Source: Octopus vulgaris
Lineage: Eukaryota
Direction of reading: 5' to 3'
Length of the DNA stretch: 64,000 nt
Assembly (NCBI GenBank): GCA_951406725.2
Contig: OX597818.1
Location: forward strand, 15,748,001-15,812,000
The notes under the pieces were generated by a model. The model saw only the letters and a program-made list of their open reading frames with translations. It had not been told where the DNA came from and made no database searches. Made by a program: the position numbers and the translations under genes. Shown here one piece after another: positions 39,656 to 52,222 of the stretch (the stretch's first letter is position 1; each line of letters begins with the position of its first letter).

Positions 39656-40977
39656 TTTATTAGGAAAACATTAAAAAAATGTTTAAAATAATAAAAAGAG
39701 AATAAGAATAATAAATTATCTAGAAAGGAATGTTTTCTTAAAACTGAAACTAAACATCTAAGAAAACTCTATTTAGCCCTATTGATATATTTCACACACA
39801 AAACTGCATTTTTGCAGAGATCAAAACAGAGTGTCTACAAAGAAATATAAACTATTTAAAAGATGATTTTCAAATTACCAACAGTAGATATGGAAATACA
39901 AGCACACAAAGTTATTTTAATGCACATACATACACACACATATTATTAACATATACACAGATCATATAAGAGATTAATATACAGCACAAAAAGAATTTCT
40001 TCAGTTCAAATCTACAGTAAGAAATGTTATTTACAAAGAAACAAATTGTTCCTTACAAACAAGTGATTCATGAAGACAAACCACATGCTTCAATTCTGTA
40101 CATGCTTTTACCATATCTGTCTGTACTCTATATGTATTTGGGATCACCACATACAGCAAGTACATATATAAACAGATGCCGTCGTTTCTGAGCTAACTGT
40201 TAGGGAAGACTGATAGCTGCTCACAGATTCACAGCATTTAACAGAAAACTTCAACTCAGGGGTTCACCAATAACAATTTCTGCCAAAATGCTGAAAGAAT
40301 AAGAAAAGAAAGTACAATGTAAAAAAATGTAGCATATTACATCTTTAGAATTGAAGGGAAGACTGAAACTACAACAGAAATCTATCTGACACTGAAATTA
40401 CTATTCTTACGTAAGATTATCTGAGATTTACAGGTTTCGGTTAGTGAAGCTCTCACAAAACAAGTTTTATTTAGAAGTTGCTTTCTCATATGTTGCCAAA
40501 TGACAACCAAGATGAAGATTATTTTAGAAATCAGTATTTTAATTATTAATGTAGAATTGAAGAAAAGTCATAAATATTTTATACCAAAATTTTACCTAAT
40601 TTCAAGTTTAGGTAAACATTATTTGTTTTAAGAAAATCAAACATAATAAACAAGTAGAAATTAAAACTAAAAAGTGATGTAAATTATTACACTAGTTAAC
40701 TATAAGCCATTAATAAAACAAAGTTCTGAATACATTTAGAAAAAAATTTTTCTTATCAATTTTTCATTAAAACCATGACTTTAAGAAGTGTCTCTGTACT
40801 GTGATATCATGATATCATAATGCATTTTTAAATATGCACACATGTCAGTCATTCTAATTAGTTATGATATAAGGTGTCACATGGCCATCAACCAGAGGCA
40901 GATGACAGAGTAACAATAAAGATAAAACAATAATGGTAATTAGAAAGATTTCTTCATAAACATACCAAATGGCAGAA
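39656..40977 (-). other. Probable 3' UTR of the IkappaB-like gene (end uncertain)
   Basis: Repeat-free AT-rich stretch after the stop codon, with minus-strand AATAAA at about 40466-40471 and 39656-39661. Confidence 0.4.
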
Positions 40978-41333
40978 TCATTTGTTGAGTGACAAAATAC
41001 TGGTCAGCTTCCGATACACACTAGGGTCAAATTTATTTTGTAATTCTTCAGCAATCATACTACATGTTCTTTCGCTAAATGTTCTTGCTGAGAGCATTTT
41101 CTGAAATTTTGCAGGATCTACATGTTTCACAATTGCTTCTATTAAATTAATGTCTTTGCGTTCAATTGCATGCATCAGGGGTGTCATACCATTTCGGCCA
41201 TCATATACCTCTGGATCAGCACCATTCTTCAGTAACAATGACACATTAACACAGTTGTCAATCATGACATTTTTATTATTTCTGGAGACAATTTTTCCAT
41301 GTTCCATTATGGCACAGAGCAGTGGTGTTAGTC
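40978..41333 (-). CDS. IkappaB-like protein, last coding exon (ankyrin repeats 4-5 and a degenerate 6th)
   Basis: tttatccag|GA, phase 1. Translates (G)LTPLLCAIMEHG...LLLKNGADPEVYDGRNGMTPLMHAIE...SLNK-TGA. The five exons sum to 3423 nt, i.e. 1140 aa plus stop. Confidence 0.92.
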
Positions 41334-41639
41334 CTGGATAAAATAAACATGGCAGCATAAGCAAGCTATGAAAACATCTTCAATTATATAACACAACTTA
41401 GAGAGTAGAGAATAAAACAGAATTCTACTATCATCAAACAAATGGTCAATCTTGATATATAGAAAACAAGTAAACAGGAATTTGATACTGTGAACCCAAT
41501 GCAAACTAATAGTCTACAAAAGATGCAGTGGGATCTGAGGAAGGCTGACACAGAAGGAAAAATTTGTATTTAAAACACGTACAAGAGCAGTAAGCAACAA
41601 AAGCACTAATGAAAGGCAATCATTCAACTGCTCAGAAGA

Positions 41640-42150
41640 GTTGCAAGATGTAGTTAAACAGCTCCTTTTACCAAGATGACTTAATCAATAGTGATGGTGG
41701 ATGTTCAAAAAACATAGCAGCCAGAGTAAGGATATAGTGGGGAAATTTCAAGGAATCATTACCCTTATTGGCAACATAGTGCTCCCAGACTGTATGACAC
41801 TTGTGTACCAAATACTATGAGGCAGGGTAGCAAGACATGGGAGTTGAATGTGGAGGATATGCAAAGGTTGGAGAGAAATGAAATGAGCAAGCTCTGCTGG
41901 GCACGTGGTGTCAGTATGATTGAACAATGGAGCAGAGCCAGGAGAAAGATGAGTATTAGGGGAACCAATAATAGTGTGCAAGCAAGAAAATTGCACTGGT
42001 ATGGACAACTGAAGAGATGTCAAGATATCTGGGTGGAGAAAGTATGCAGTAAAGAAAGACCAATTAAATTAAAGCTGGATTGCATGAAGGTAGCCACAAT
42101 GGACCACAATAAGTGGCCAAACACTAGAGGGGATCTACACAACTAATGCC
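41640..42150 (+). mobile_element. RTE-type LINE 3' fragment in the last intron
   Basis: GSKTWELNVEDMQRLERNEMSKLCW...RKLHWYGQL; same family as the 29130 and 31810 fragments. Confidence 0.7.
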
Positions 42151-42598
42151 TGTATGCAAAAAAATGGGAGGAGGAGGAGAAGGAGAATGATGACAATAAC
42201 AACAATGACCAGTGTTGCATTCTAGGCAAAAAAAAAAAGACTGCTCAGTTAAGTTTACTTGACTAACAAAACACATTCTATTCTTACAAAATTAATGGTT
42301 AATGATGAAGTAAAAGCATCAAACAGTAAAAATAATTAATCCAACTAAAATAATTCAGCTTTTGCTGACATGGAGAAATGGATATAAAACAGGAAGAAAA
42401 ATAACTGAAATATGACATTCTTTATCTTAATTATTTTCACTGATATTGTATTTTCTAATGAATTTTGTAAATGTATAGCATTTATTACTAATTTTGTTTT
42501 TCATTAATTTTTTAAGGAAATTTCAGTGAATTTAAAATAATTCAGAATTTGATTCTTTCTAAACTATACATGTAGATTTTGATTGAAATTTCCCTTAC

Positions 42599-42710
42599 CA
42601 TCACAGTTCTTAATGTTTGGATCAATTTTCTTTGATTCAAAGAGTTGTTTCAATGTTAGGTTGAACTCTTTCCCCTGTGTGGCTGCACAATGTAGAGCAC
42701 TGCGTCGTTT
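42599..42710 (-). CDS. IkappaB-like protein, coding exon 4 (ankyrin repeat 3)
   Basis: aatcag|AAA...GAT G|gtaagg, 112 nt, phase 0 to 1. Translates KRRSALHCAATQGKEFNLTLKQLFESKKIDPNIKNCD. The acceptor has an A-rich rather than pyrimidine-rich tract, so the exact 5' boundary is less certain. Confidence 0.85.
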
Positions 42711-43671
42711 CTGATTTTTTTTTACCAGAAATAAAATGAAATGTTGATTAAAGATTTGCAACAAATTACAAAAAGACAGAAAACTATAAAAACACAATTT
42801 CTCCTGTCATTCTTCTTGCAACTTTTTCTTTCTAAAATGTTTGTTATACTGATGTATTCAACAATTCATTCAAAAATATTTGGCTACATAACTTTAAATT
42901 TGAATGAGATTTACAGTCATTTTCATTCTACATAGGATCATTTTATTATAACACACATCAAGAAAATTTTGGATTTATATACACAAAAGACATCTATGAT
43001 TAGCAGAGATTTATCTAAAATTAATGAAGTTATCTTTGCGCATAATAGTTTAGTATGTTGAGATTTGATAGGATTAATTTCAGTATCAAATACCTATATA
43101 TTTATTTGTGTATAAAACGTACTTGAGTATAATGTGCACTACTTGTGATGGGCTATGAAATTCCAGTAAAATATGTCTTATATACAGTGACTTTGTTTAA
43201 TGATAGTGTTATATATAGACGTGTTCAATTAGATTTATTATAATTGCAGTGTAAAATACACTGAAAAAATTACTGCAACCTGTAAGCAAAGAACATATTC
43301 AAAAGTGACCCTTGATCTTTGTCAATGTAAGCAGTAAAAGTGTATGTAAAGCCAATCTTAGTTTTACTACTTCAACAGTAGTGTATATAATGATAGCCAA
43401 TTATAATAATCATATATTTCAGGAACAGAAGTATTTATCTGTTTCAGTTGATGTTCACATTTCAATGATGACAGTCTTTATGTAATATCCTTATTGATTA
43501 TTTATTAAATTAATCTTTGTATTAAATAATTAAAGTGGTATTTTCATTGATAAAGTTATTACATTCTGGTCTTCTGTACTGAAGGTTGATGGCAGTAATT
43601 CTACAAGACCTGCATCTGTTAGGTGTGCAGAACATTGAATATATTAGAAAATGTATAACAAGTTTACTTAC

Positions 43672-43761
43672 CTCTCCAGGTATGTTTGGATTGGCACCAT
43701 TGCGCACTAGTTCACACACAACAGCTGGCTTATTATAAAATACAGCTAAATATAATGGTGT
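43672..43761 (-). CDS. IkappaB-like protein, coding exon 3 (ankyrin repeat 2)
   Basis: aaaatag|ACA...GAG|gtaagt, 90 nt, phase 0 to 0. Translates TPLYLAVFYNKPAVVCELVRNGANPNIPGE. Confidence 0.93.
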
Positions 43762-44502
43762 CTATTTTAAAAACAAAGAAAATAAAGATATATTTAATCA
43801 TTGAAATGTTCAGTAAGATGTGAATGATCATGTTAGTTGACATTTCATGATAATAATTAGCAACTGGATACAGTTTAAATTGATAGAGTGTTTGAAGAGG
43901 ATGAATTTAGATTCAATAATATTAACTAGCCACAATAACATACTGAATTAATTATTATAATTCATCACTACAATAATTATCCTCATTTAAACAATGTAGC
44001 TGTTTGATGGTGAAAGTCAACTTGTAACTGAATAAGACTACTTCCTAAACTCAATAAATCCATGCAAACGTCCATAGAGACCAAGAAGTTCCCCTATGTG
44101 AATTTGTTTCCATCTACTAAATCCACTCACAAGGCTTTGGTTAGCCCGAGGCTATAGCAGAAGACACTTGCCCAAGGTGCCACGCAGTAGGACTGAACCC
44201 AGAACCATGTGGTTGGTAAGCAAGCTACTTACCACACAGTCACTCCTGCACTTAATTAGAAGAAAATAAATTCAGAGAAGTTGAAAAAGATGAAAAAAAA
44301 AGAAAAGGCTTGTTTCAAAGACAAAGCTAAACAGTTGTTTGAGTTGACATATTTCAGAACGTTTATGAAAGATATATTTCATGTAGGTTTATCGAAACTA
44401 GATTTTTCTTTCTTTACAAGATGATCAAGAGATGTACCTGTGCCTATAAGAGAAGAAGAGTAGGATATTTTTAAAAATATGAGGTTGAAGAGAAAAACTT
44501 AC

Positions 44503-44702
44503 TTGGTTTAAAGAATTGCAGTCATTAATTATTTCAATTTTTTTAATCCGTTTAATTCTCTCAAGAAGAGCTTTAACCATGTTAACATCAGTTACGCACA
44601 CAGCAGCATGGAGATAGTTGTTGCCGTCAGAATCAATAGCAAGCAGTTCCTCATCAGTCCTGGAAGCAACACAGCGGCGAGCTATTATCTGATGAGATGC
44701 AC
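44503..44702 (-). CDS. IkappaB-like protein, coding exon 2 (ankyrin repeat 1); absent from the ORF track
   Basis: tttttcaag|GT...CAA|gtaagt, 200 nt, phase 1 to 0. Translates (G)ASHQIIARRCVASRTDEELLAIDSDGNNYLHAAVCVTDVNMVKALLERIKRIKKIEIINDCNSLNQ. Confidence 0.92.
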
Positions 44703-46977
44703 CTTGAAAAACAAAATTCAGAAAGGAAAAGATGAAACAAAAGAATTTATATTTAGATAAGGAATTTATTTTATTTTTATGTTAAGTTAGGAGAATCTCT
44801 ACAGGCCTAAGTCTGCAGTAAAAAATGGGACACAAAGGAAATCAGGGAAAGGCACTCAAGAATCAGTGTATTGAGCATATTATCCAAAGTATGTTTTCAA
44901 ATGACTGGGGATATTTGTAAAAGAATATTTAAACCAGTCATGGACAATTTGTGGTGCGCAGGACTTTTTGAATGACATGCCTAATGAAAAATTAGCGTCA
45001 AATTTTGTTTTAGTAGTGATGCCCATCTAATAATGGGCCATATTTCATGTGGCCCACTTCTCAAAAAAGGTTGTCTGTATTAAATCTAATGGAAGGAAGA
45101 TAGAACTTTCTAATTTGAGTGATAGTTTAAGTGTGATGAATCTAGTCAAATAAGTCATCAGCATTAACTTATGAGAAGACAGAAATCATGACATTCATAC
45201 TTCTCCAAGGGCATTAAAAATATTGGTTTCAAATATTAGCACAAAACCAGCAAGTTTAGGGGAGGGGTTAAGTCAATTACATCAACCCAAAAAGGACGAG
45301 AGATAAAAGTCAACCTAGGCAGAATTTGAATTCAGAACATAAAGACAGACAAAATGCCACTAAGTATTTGCTTATGTGCCAGCTTGCTCCCAATGTTGAA
45401 GATTTAAATAAAGTGCAGTAAATGAAGGACTCAATTCACTAAAAAGTTATAACTAATCCACAGCATTTAGAATAGCTGTAATATATATTATGCAAATGAA
45501 CTTGAAATACCAACAAACACAGCAACTAATAAGAATGTGACTAGTCTGTTATTCAGAAGTAGAAACCAGATTACATTTAAAATTACTAGGCTTCTAGGTC
45601 AAAGTAAAAATTTGAGTAGTTGAGTACATGCTAACATATATAATGCAGGGAATGCTTATAAAGTTAAGTAGAAATAAGTCAATGAAGAATAAAACAATAT
45701 TAGCTAACATATCTTTATTATTTTTACTTAGCCTTAGCTTTTTAATGCTTCCTATAATGAATATTAAACACTATCTAAACTATTGTTTTACATGCTGGTG
45801 TTATCCCAAGTTATAAATTTCAAAACTGTTTTTTTTAAAACTATACCAGCTTCATCAAATACCCAGAAATGGATAAATATTGCCCAACCACAAAACATAT
45901 GGAAAAGAATGTAGCATTGAGTATATTTTGTTAAGTTAGAGCAGGTATTAACAGAATCATTAGAATGTTGGACAAATATGTCTTATGGCATATGTTCTGA
46001 CTCTTTATATTCTGGGTTCAGATCCAACCAAGGTTAACTTCACCTCTCATTCTTTCAAATACTGGACCTATTACATATGTTAGAAATTATCTGAACAAAA
46101 ACAATAACAATTTCCAACTTGGGCACAAGCTCCTGAGTTTTGGTGAGAAGAGGTAAAGCTGAAAGGCTCAACTTTAACATTATTTTCCTGACACTAGAAG
46201 AATGTGCTACTAATTGCTACTATCCAGTGCTCTAACAATAACAACAATGATACATACAAGTACCTAACAAATACCTCTATAAGCATTACCAAATATCCAG
46301 TCAAACATGAAACTGATTTGGTAAATATATAATTGCTATTGCTTTCTAAAGTATCTATCTTCCTTAATCTTGATGAAGCACAAATGTTTTTGATATTCAA
46401 AAACGCTGCACCTCAATGAGAACACAGGATACAAAACTGAATCATGAGTGCAATTAGTGATGATGGCTAGAAATATGAACAATGCCAATAAACTATAAGA
46501 CATTTCAATGCTTTACTATCTTGACTATTGAAAGTATTTATCCATGCCAACATGAAAAATGAAAACCATAGACATTACCATAGTACAGATTTGTGGAATC
46601 TTATCAATAAAATATTTAATTAGCTCTTCTTAAATAGGAGTCCGATAGAATTTCAAGACTAAACAATAGTAAGAAAATTTGTCGTTTGTTTTATATGAAA
46701 GACACACCTCTAAACTAAACATTACAGTCCACTAAAGCAACAAGGAAACTTCTACAGAGTCACTTGACCTGGCAGAAATAGCAGCTAAATCAGACCCAAA
46801 TAACAGCCAACCAGTTTTAAAAACTGAAGAACACACTGGATAATGTAGTCTTTGAAACACTATGTTTCATACAAAAGACAAAGTCAACAAAATCTGAACT
46901 CAATGCGAAGACAACCTAAGTTCCACTAAGACAGACAAAGTCCACCAACTCACCACCTTAATAATAATAATAATAAT

Positions 46978-47422
46978 GATCCTTTCTACTGAAGGCACAA
47001 GGTCTGGAATTTGGTGGGGAGGGAACTAGTTGATTACATCAACCCCAGTGTTTCACCAGTACTTAATCCATTGACCCTGAAAGGATGAAAGGCAAAGTCA
47101 ACCTCAGCAGAATTTGAACTCAGAACACAAGGACAGACAAAACGCCACTAAGTATTTTGCTCAGCATGCTAACGATTTTGCCAGCTCCCCACCTTACTAA
47201 TAATAATAATCCTTTCTACTAAAGGAACAAGTCCTCAATTTTGGGGGGAAGGAGCCAGTCGATTAGATCAACCCCAGTACACAACTGGTACTTAATTTAT
47301 CAACCCCAAAAGGATGAAAGGCAAAGTCAACCGTGGCAGAATTTGAACTCAGAACATAATGACAGACGAAATATCACTAGGCATTTTGCCCAGCATGCTA
47401 ACAATTCTGCCAGCTCACTACC

Positions 47423-47457
<35 letters not shown>

Positions 47458-47462
47458 TAATA

Positions 47463-47550
<88 letters not shown>

Positions 47551-47990
47551 ATCCTTTCTGCTAAAGGTACAAGGTCTGAAATTTGGGGGGAAGGGACTAG
47601 TTGAAGACATCAACCTCAGGGTTTCATTGGTATTTAATTTATCAATCCCAAAAGGATGAAAGGCAAAGTCAACCTCAGCAGAATTTGAACTGAAAACATA
47701 TAAGATGAACGAAATACTACTATACATTTCATTTGGCATGCTAACAATTCTGCCAGCTTGCCACCTTCATAATAATAATAATAATGATAATCCTTTCTAC
47801 TATAGGCACAAGGCCTGAAATTACGGGAGAAGGGACTAGTCGATTACATCGACCCCAGTGTTTCACTGGTACCTAATCTATCGACCCTGAAAGGATGAAA
47901 GGCAAAGCTGACCTCAACGGAATTTGAACTCAGAATGTAAGGACAGATTAAATGCCGCTAATGGTTCTGCCAGCTCACCGCCTTCACAAT
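46978..47990 (-). mobile_element. Four head-to-tail copies of one SINE family separated by (TAA)n
   Basis: atcctttctact...ttctgccagctc units start at about 46979, 47209, 47551 and 47790. Confidence 0.88.
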
Positions 47991-49557
47991 AATAATAATA
48001 ATCTTCAATCTCTCTGGTACTCATATGAACTTTCGTCTGTTTTAAAAAAATGATAACATAATAATGCTGACATTGGTGCAGCGCAATACCAAATGACTAT
48101 AATATTGTGCAGGGGTAAGCTGAAAAGCTAAGGAATTATACTAACCCAGCTGTTTAATTGTGGAAGTACATGACCTAGTTGTTAGAGCAGCAGACTCATG
48201 GTCGAGGGATTGCGGGTTCAAATCTCAGACCGAGCAATGTATGTGTTTATGAGCAAAACACCTAAGCTCCACACAGCTCTGGCAGAAGGTAATGGCAAGC
48301 TTCTGCTAACTCTTTCACCACAATTTTCTCTCACTCTTTCCTCCAGCATCTAGCAACTTACCTGCAACGGACCAGTGTCCCATCCAGGTGGGGAACCTAT
48401 ATGCCAATGAAACCAGGAAACCAGCCCTTGTGAGCCAGGCATGGCTCGAGAAGGAACAAACAACAAGAGCTGTTTAATTAAAAACATGATGGACTAGGCG
48501 CAACTGAACTGATACACAACCATTTCTGTAAGGACAGTGACAAACTACCAATAAAGGTAGGCACAAGCACATTCAAGAAAATAGCAATACTAGGATAAGT
48601 AAATACTGTTTAGAATTTTCATACAGTATTTGTTAACCATAAACATATTTCTTAGTCTCAAACATTCTCATTAACCCTGAATACTTCTATACATATTTTC
48701 TATTAAACATATTCAATAGCAATGGACATTTTAGTTAATTAAAGGTTAACATTGTTGTTAACCTTAAAACATTTCTATTTCTCTTTTAGGCACAGGGCCT
48801 GCAATTTGGGGGTAGTGGCTGGGGTAGATGACCCCAGCGCTAGACTGGGACTTTATTTTAACAACTCCAAAATCCTGAAAGCGATATGTCCAAAGTATAA
48901 CTAACTCTTGTTTCAAGAAATATTTTACTGACCCCTGAAAGAATGGAAAGTAAAGTTGACCTTGATGGAATTTGAACTCAGAAGGTAGAGTTGAAACAAA
49001 TACAGTAAGACATTTTTCTCTGACAGCGTAACAATTTTAGCTAATCCAGTACTTTTAAATATTGTTTCTAACATAGGCACAAGAACTAAAACTTGATGGA
49101 GGGGATAGTCAATTATATCCCACTCCAGAAGTTGCACTGTATCTTATTTTATTGACCCCTAAAAGAACGAAAGGTAAAGTTAATTTGAGTGAGCTTTGAA
49201 CTCAGAAATTAAAGAGTCAGAAGCCAGAACAAATATTGTAACAATACATAATTTCTGATTTAGACACAGGGCCAGCAATTTTGAGGGGAATGAGGGTAGA
49301 GGACCCTAGTACTAGACTGGTACTTTATTTTAACAACTCCAAAAGCATGAAAGCCAAAGCTTGACCACCTTGAGATTTGAATTCAGAATATACAAAACCA
49401 AAACCAAAAACAAAAAAGAATCATCGAAGGTATTTTTTCAACATTCAAACAATTCTGTCAGCTTGCCATCTTATTGATAATTATTCTTTTTCTTTTTTTT
49501 TAATAAAAAAAAAAATTTTTCAATAACAAATAATCTAAAAACATAACATAAACAAAC

Positions 49558-52222
49558 CTGATTTGACTGCATTAGCATCAGGATTGAAAACAGCTTTTCC
49601 TTTCTTGGCAGTGTTGAAATGCTTTGGGAAAACGTGTTCATCTGACAAATGTGGTTTGATATCTGATGCAGGAGGTTTGGGTAAAATTGGCTTTGGTGAA
49701 GATTTTGTGGTTGGTGTTGGTGGCTTTTGAACAAGGATAAGAGCATTTGAAGTAGGTGACATGATATACAGTGGTGGGGTGTTCAATACTAAGAGAGGAG
49801 TAGAAGAGACTGCTGTTGATGTTAAGGTTCCTGGGGTTGTGGTTTGGTTAGGTATTGCTTGTGTAACAATAGCAGGATTTTGTAAATTGGATGTGGTACC
49901 ATTTATTATAACATGTGGTGATTGGGAAGAATAAACTTGACCGCCTTGTCCAACAAGTTCAGCAACAGGGGAATAAATCAGTGGGGATTTATTGGGATTT
50001 ACCGTACATGGTACCGAAACTGAAGGCAGATTTTGCCCTCCATCAAGAGAATTCATCCAGGTTTGCCGCATAGTGACGGTCTGCGCTTGGCTAGTAGCAT
50101 TCATTATAATCTGTTCTTGTTCATCATCATTCAAAATAGTTTGACTTGGGCTGTCAGCACTCAGAATGGTTTGATTTGGGCTCCCAGCATTTATTATGTT
50201 CTGATGTGGGCTCCCAGCATTCACTATGGTCTGACCAGGGCTCCCAGCATTTATTATGGTCTGACCAGGGCTGCCAGCATTCACTGGGCTGCCAGCATTC
50301 ATTATGGTCTGACCTGGGCTCCCAGCATTCACTAGGGTCTGACCAGGGCTCCCAGCATTTATTATGGTCTGGCTTGGGCTCCCAGCATTCATTATGGTCT
50401 GATGTGGGCTCCCAGCATTCATTATGGTCTGATGTGGGCTCCCAGCATTCATTATGGTCTGATGTGGGCTCCCAGCATTCATTATGGTCTGATGTGGGCT
50501 CCCAGCATTCATTATGGTCTGATGTGGACTGCCAGCATTCACTAGGGTCTGACCTGGGCTGCCAGCATTCATTATGGGCTGACCTGGACTCCCCACATTT
50601 GCTATAGAGTGACCTGGGCTCCCAGCATTTGCTATAGTCTGACCTGGGCTTCCAGCATTCATTATGGCCTGACTTGGGATTCCAGCATTCATTATAACCT
50701 GATTCTGACTACTAAGATTCATCATAATACGACCTTGGTTACCAGCACTTATCATAGTCGCAGCTGTGTTACGAGTATTCATTACATTTTGATTTGGTCT
50801 ACCAACATTCATTTCAGTTACTCCTTGACAAATAGGACTAACTCTGTTCACTCTTTGGCCACTACCATTTATGGGTTGTTGTTGGCCAGCACTTCCATTT
50901 ATCATAATCGGTTTTTGGTCATAATTATGCAAGCCTTGCAACTGGTGGTCAGAACCCATTATAGTGGTACATTTGTCTGGGCCAATATTCATTACAGGTT
51001 TCCTTTCACTACCAGAATTCGTTACAGGTCTGCTTTGGTTACCCTCATTCATTGTAATTTGCCCTTGGCTGCAGATATTGAATAAGTTACCATCTATAAA
51101 CTGCTGGCCCATATATGGAGGAGCATTTAAGATACTACATCCATCAAGTGTATCATTCTGCTTCAAAGAATTTAGCAAAACCTGTTCTTGAAGTTTCTTA
51201 TCCATTGAACTTGGCCCACAGTTTTTCAGACCTGGCATTCGTTCATAAATGGCAGCCATTCGATTTAAATTTTCTTGCTCTGTAATATTTACATTTAGAG
51301 TCTCATTCATCTCAAAGTTGGGACAATGCTGATCAAGAAGCTGAGGAACACACTGAGGAGGTGGTGAAGCCTTATTATATTGATCCTCTATATTAAAAGT
51401 TTCTGGAATATTGTTAGGAGTAGATTTTTCAAAGCCATTCTTCAATGTTTCTTTAATGTTTTTTATATGAGAAATTTTAGAAGAACTAAAGTCCTCCTTA
51501 CATAAGTTGGGATACATATTTTTATTGTTATCTTCTTGTAAAATAGCCATCAAATCATCCAATGTATTTTCTTGATTTAAAATGGCAAGATCATTCTGAC
51601 TATCATTTTGATCAGGAGATCTTGAGCACTCTGAGATTGTATATGGTGCACTTTGAGCACTGTCAGATTCATAATTTTCACCATTAACTGAAATTATTCC
51701 TCCATTTGTCACTGGAAAACTACTGCTGAGCCAAGACTCATTCAATTCACAGCTTTTGTAAACAGGTCTTTGGTATTTATAGTATGGTACATCATGAGAA
51801 TCATATGATCGTTTAGATTTATTCTCAGTAAACACAGGATCTTGGGAAGAGGCAAAATAAGCTTCATGAGTCCTCAAAAGACTGACTGGTACACCATTAG
51901 TTGGACCTCTTTTCAAGCTTTCACCTTTGTCCAAATTGTCATCTGTTTCCTCATCTGATTCTGATTCTTCTCCTGCAGAAGCTAATTCAACTGATTTCAT
52001 TGAGCCATCTGATATAGTAAGATTTGAAAAATTCCTTTCGAGAACATCAGACTCAGAACCAACAGTCAATGAGCTTTGGGCTTTATATTCTTTAGGTTGT
52101 TCCTCTTCCTCACTAAGATTAGCCTCCTCACCAGAAAGAAACTGCTGGTCTCTTTCTAATGTCCTTTCTTCTGGTAATTTCCTAGTTTCAGTCTTAGTTT
52201 CTTCTTTTGTCAATTGCCCCAT
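49558..52222 (-). CDS. Nuclear IkappaB-like (IkappaBzeta/IkappaBNS-like) ankyrin protein, coding exon 1: long low-complexity N-terminal region with 10-aa repeats
   Basis: 2665-nt open frame from ATG at 52222 (MGQLTKEET...) to a phase-1 donor TCAG|gtttgt at 49558. A ttttttaattgcag acceptor just upstream puts the exon start at 52300. The frame stays open to that acceptor, so an upstream coding exon cannot be excluded. Confidence 0.88.
50140..50760 (-). repeat. Coding 30-bp minisatellite encoding (NAGSPxQTIM)n
   Basis: 17 GSP-containing units plus degenerate flanking units. Five consecutive NAGSPHQTIM copies, and one unit shortened in frame to NAGSPV. Confidence 0.95.

Noticed and set aside
39656-40977. 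Roquin CDE or Regnase stem-loop in the 3' UTR, as in vertebrate NFKBIZ/NFKBID
   Set aside because: No clear CDE-type triloop found by eye; only scattered AUUUA, as expected in AT-rich DNA.
50033-51191. Plus-strand repeat ORFs (GSQHSLWSDV, WAPSIHYGL)
   Set aside because: Antisense shadows of the 30-bp coding repeat.
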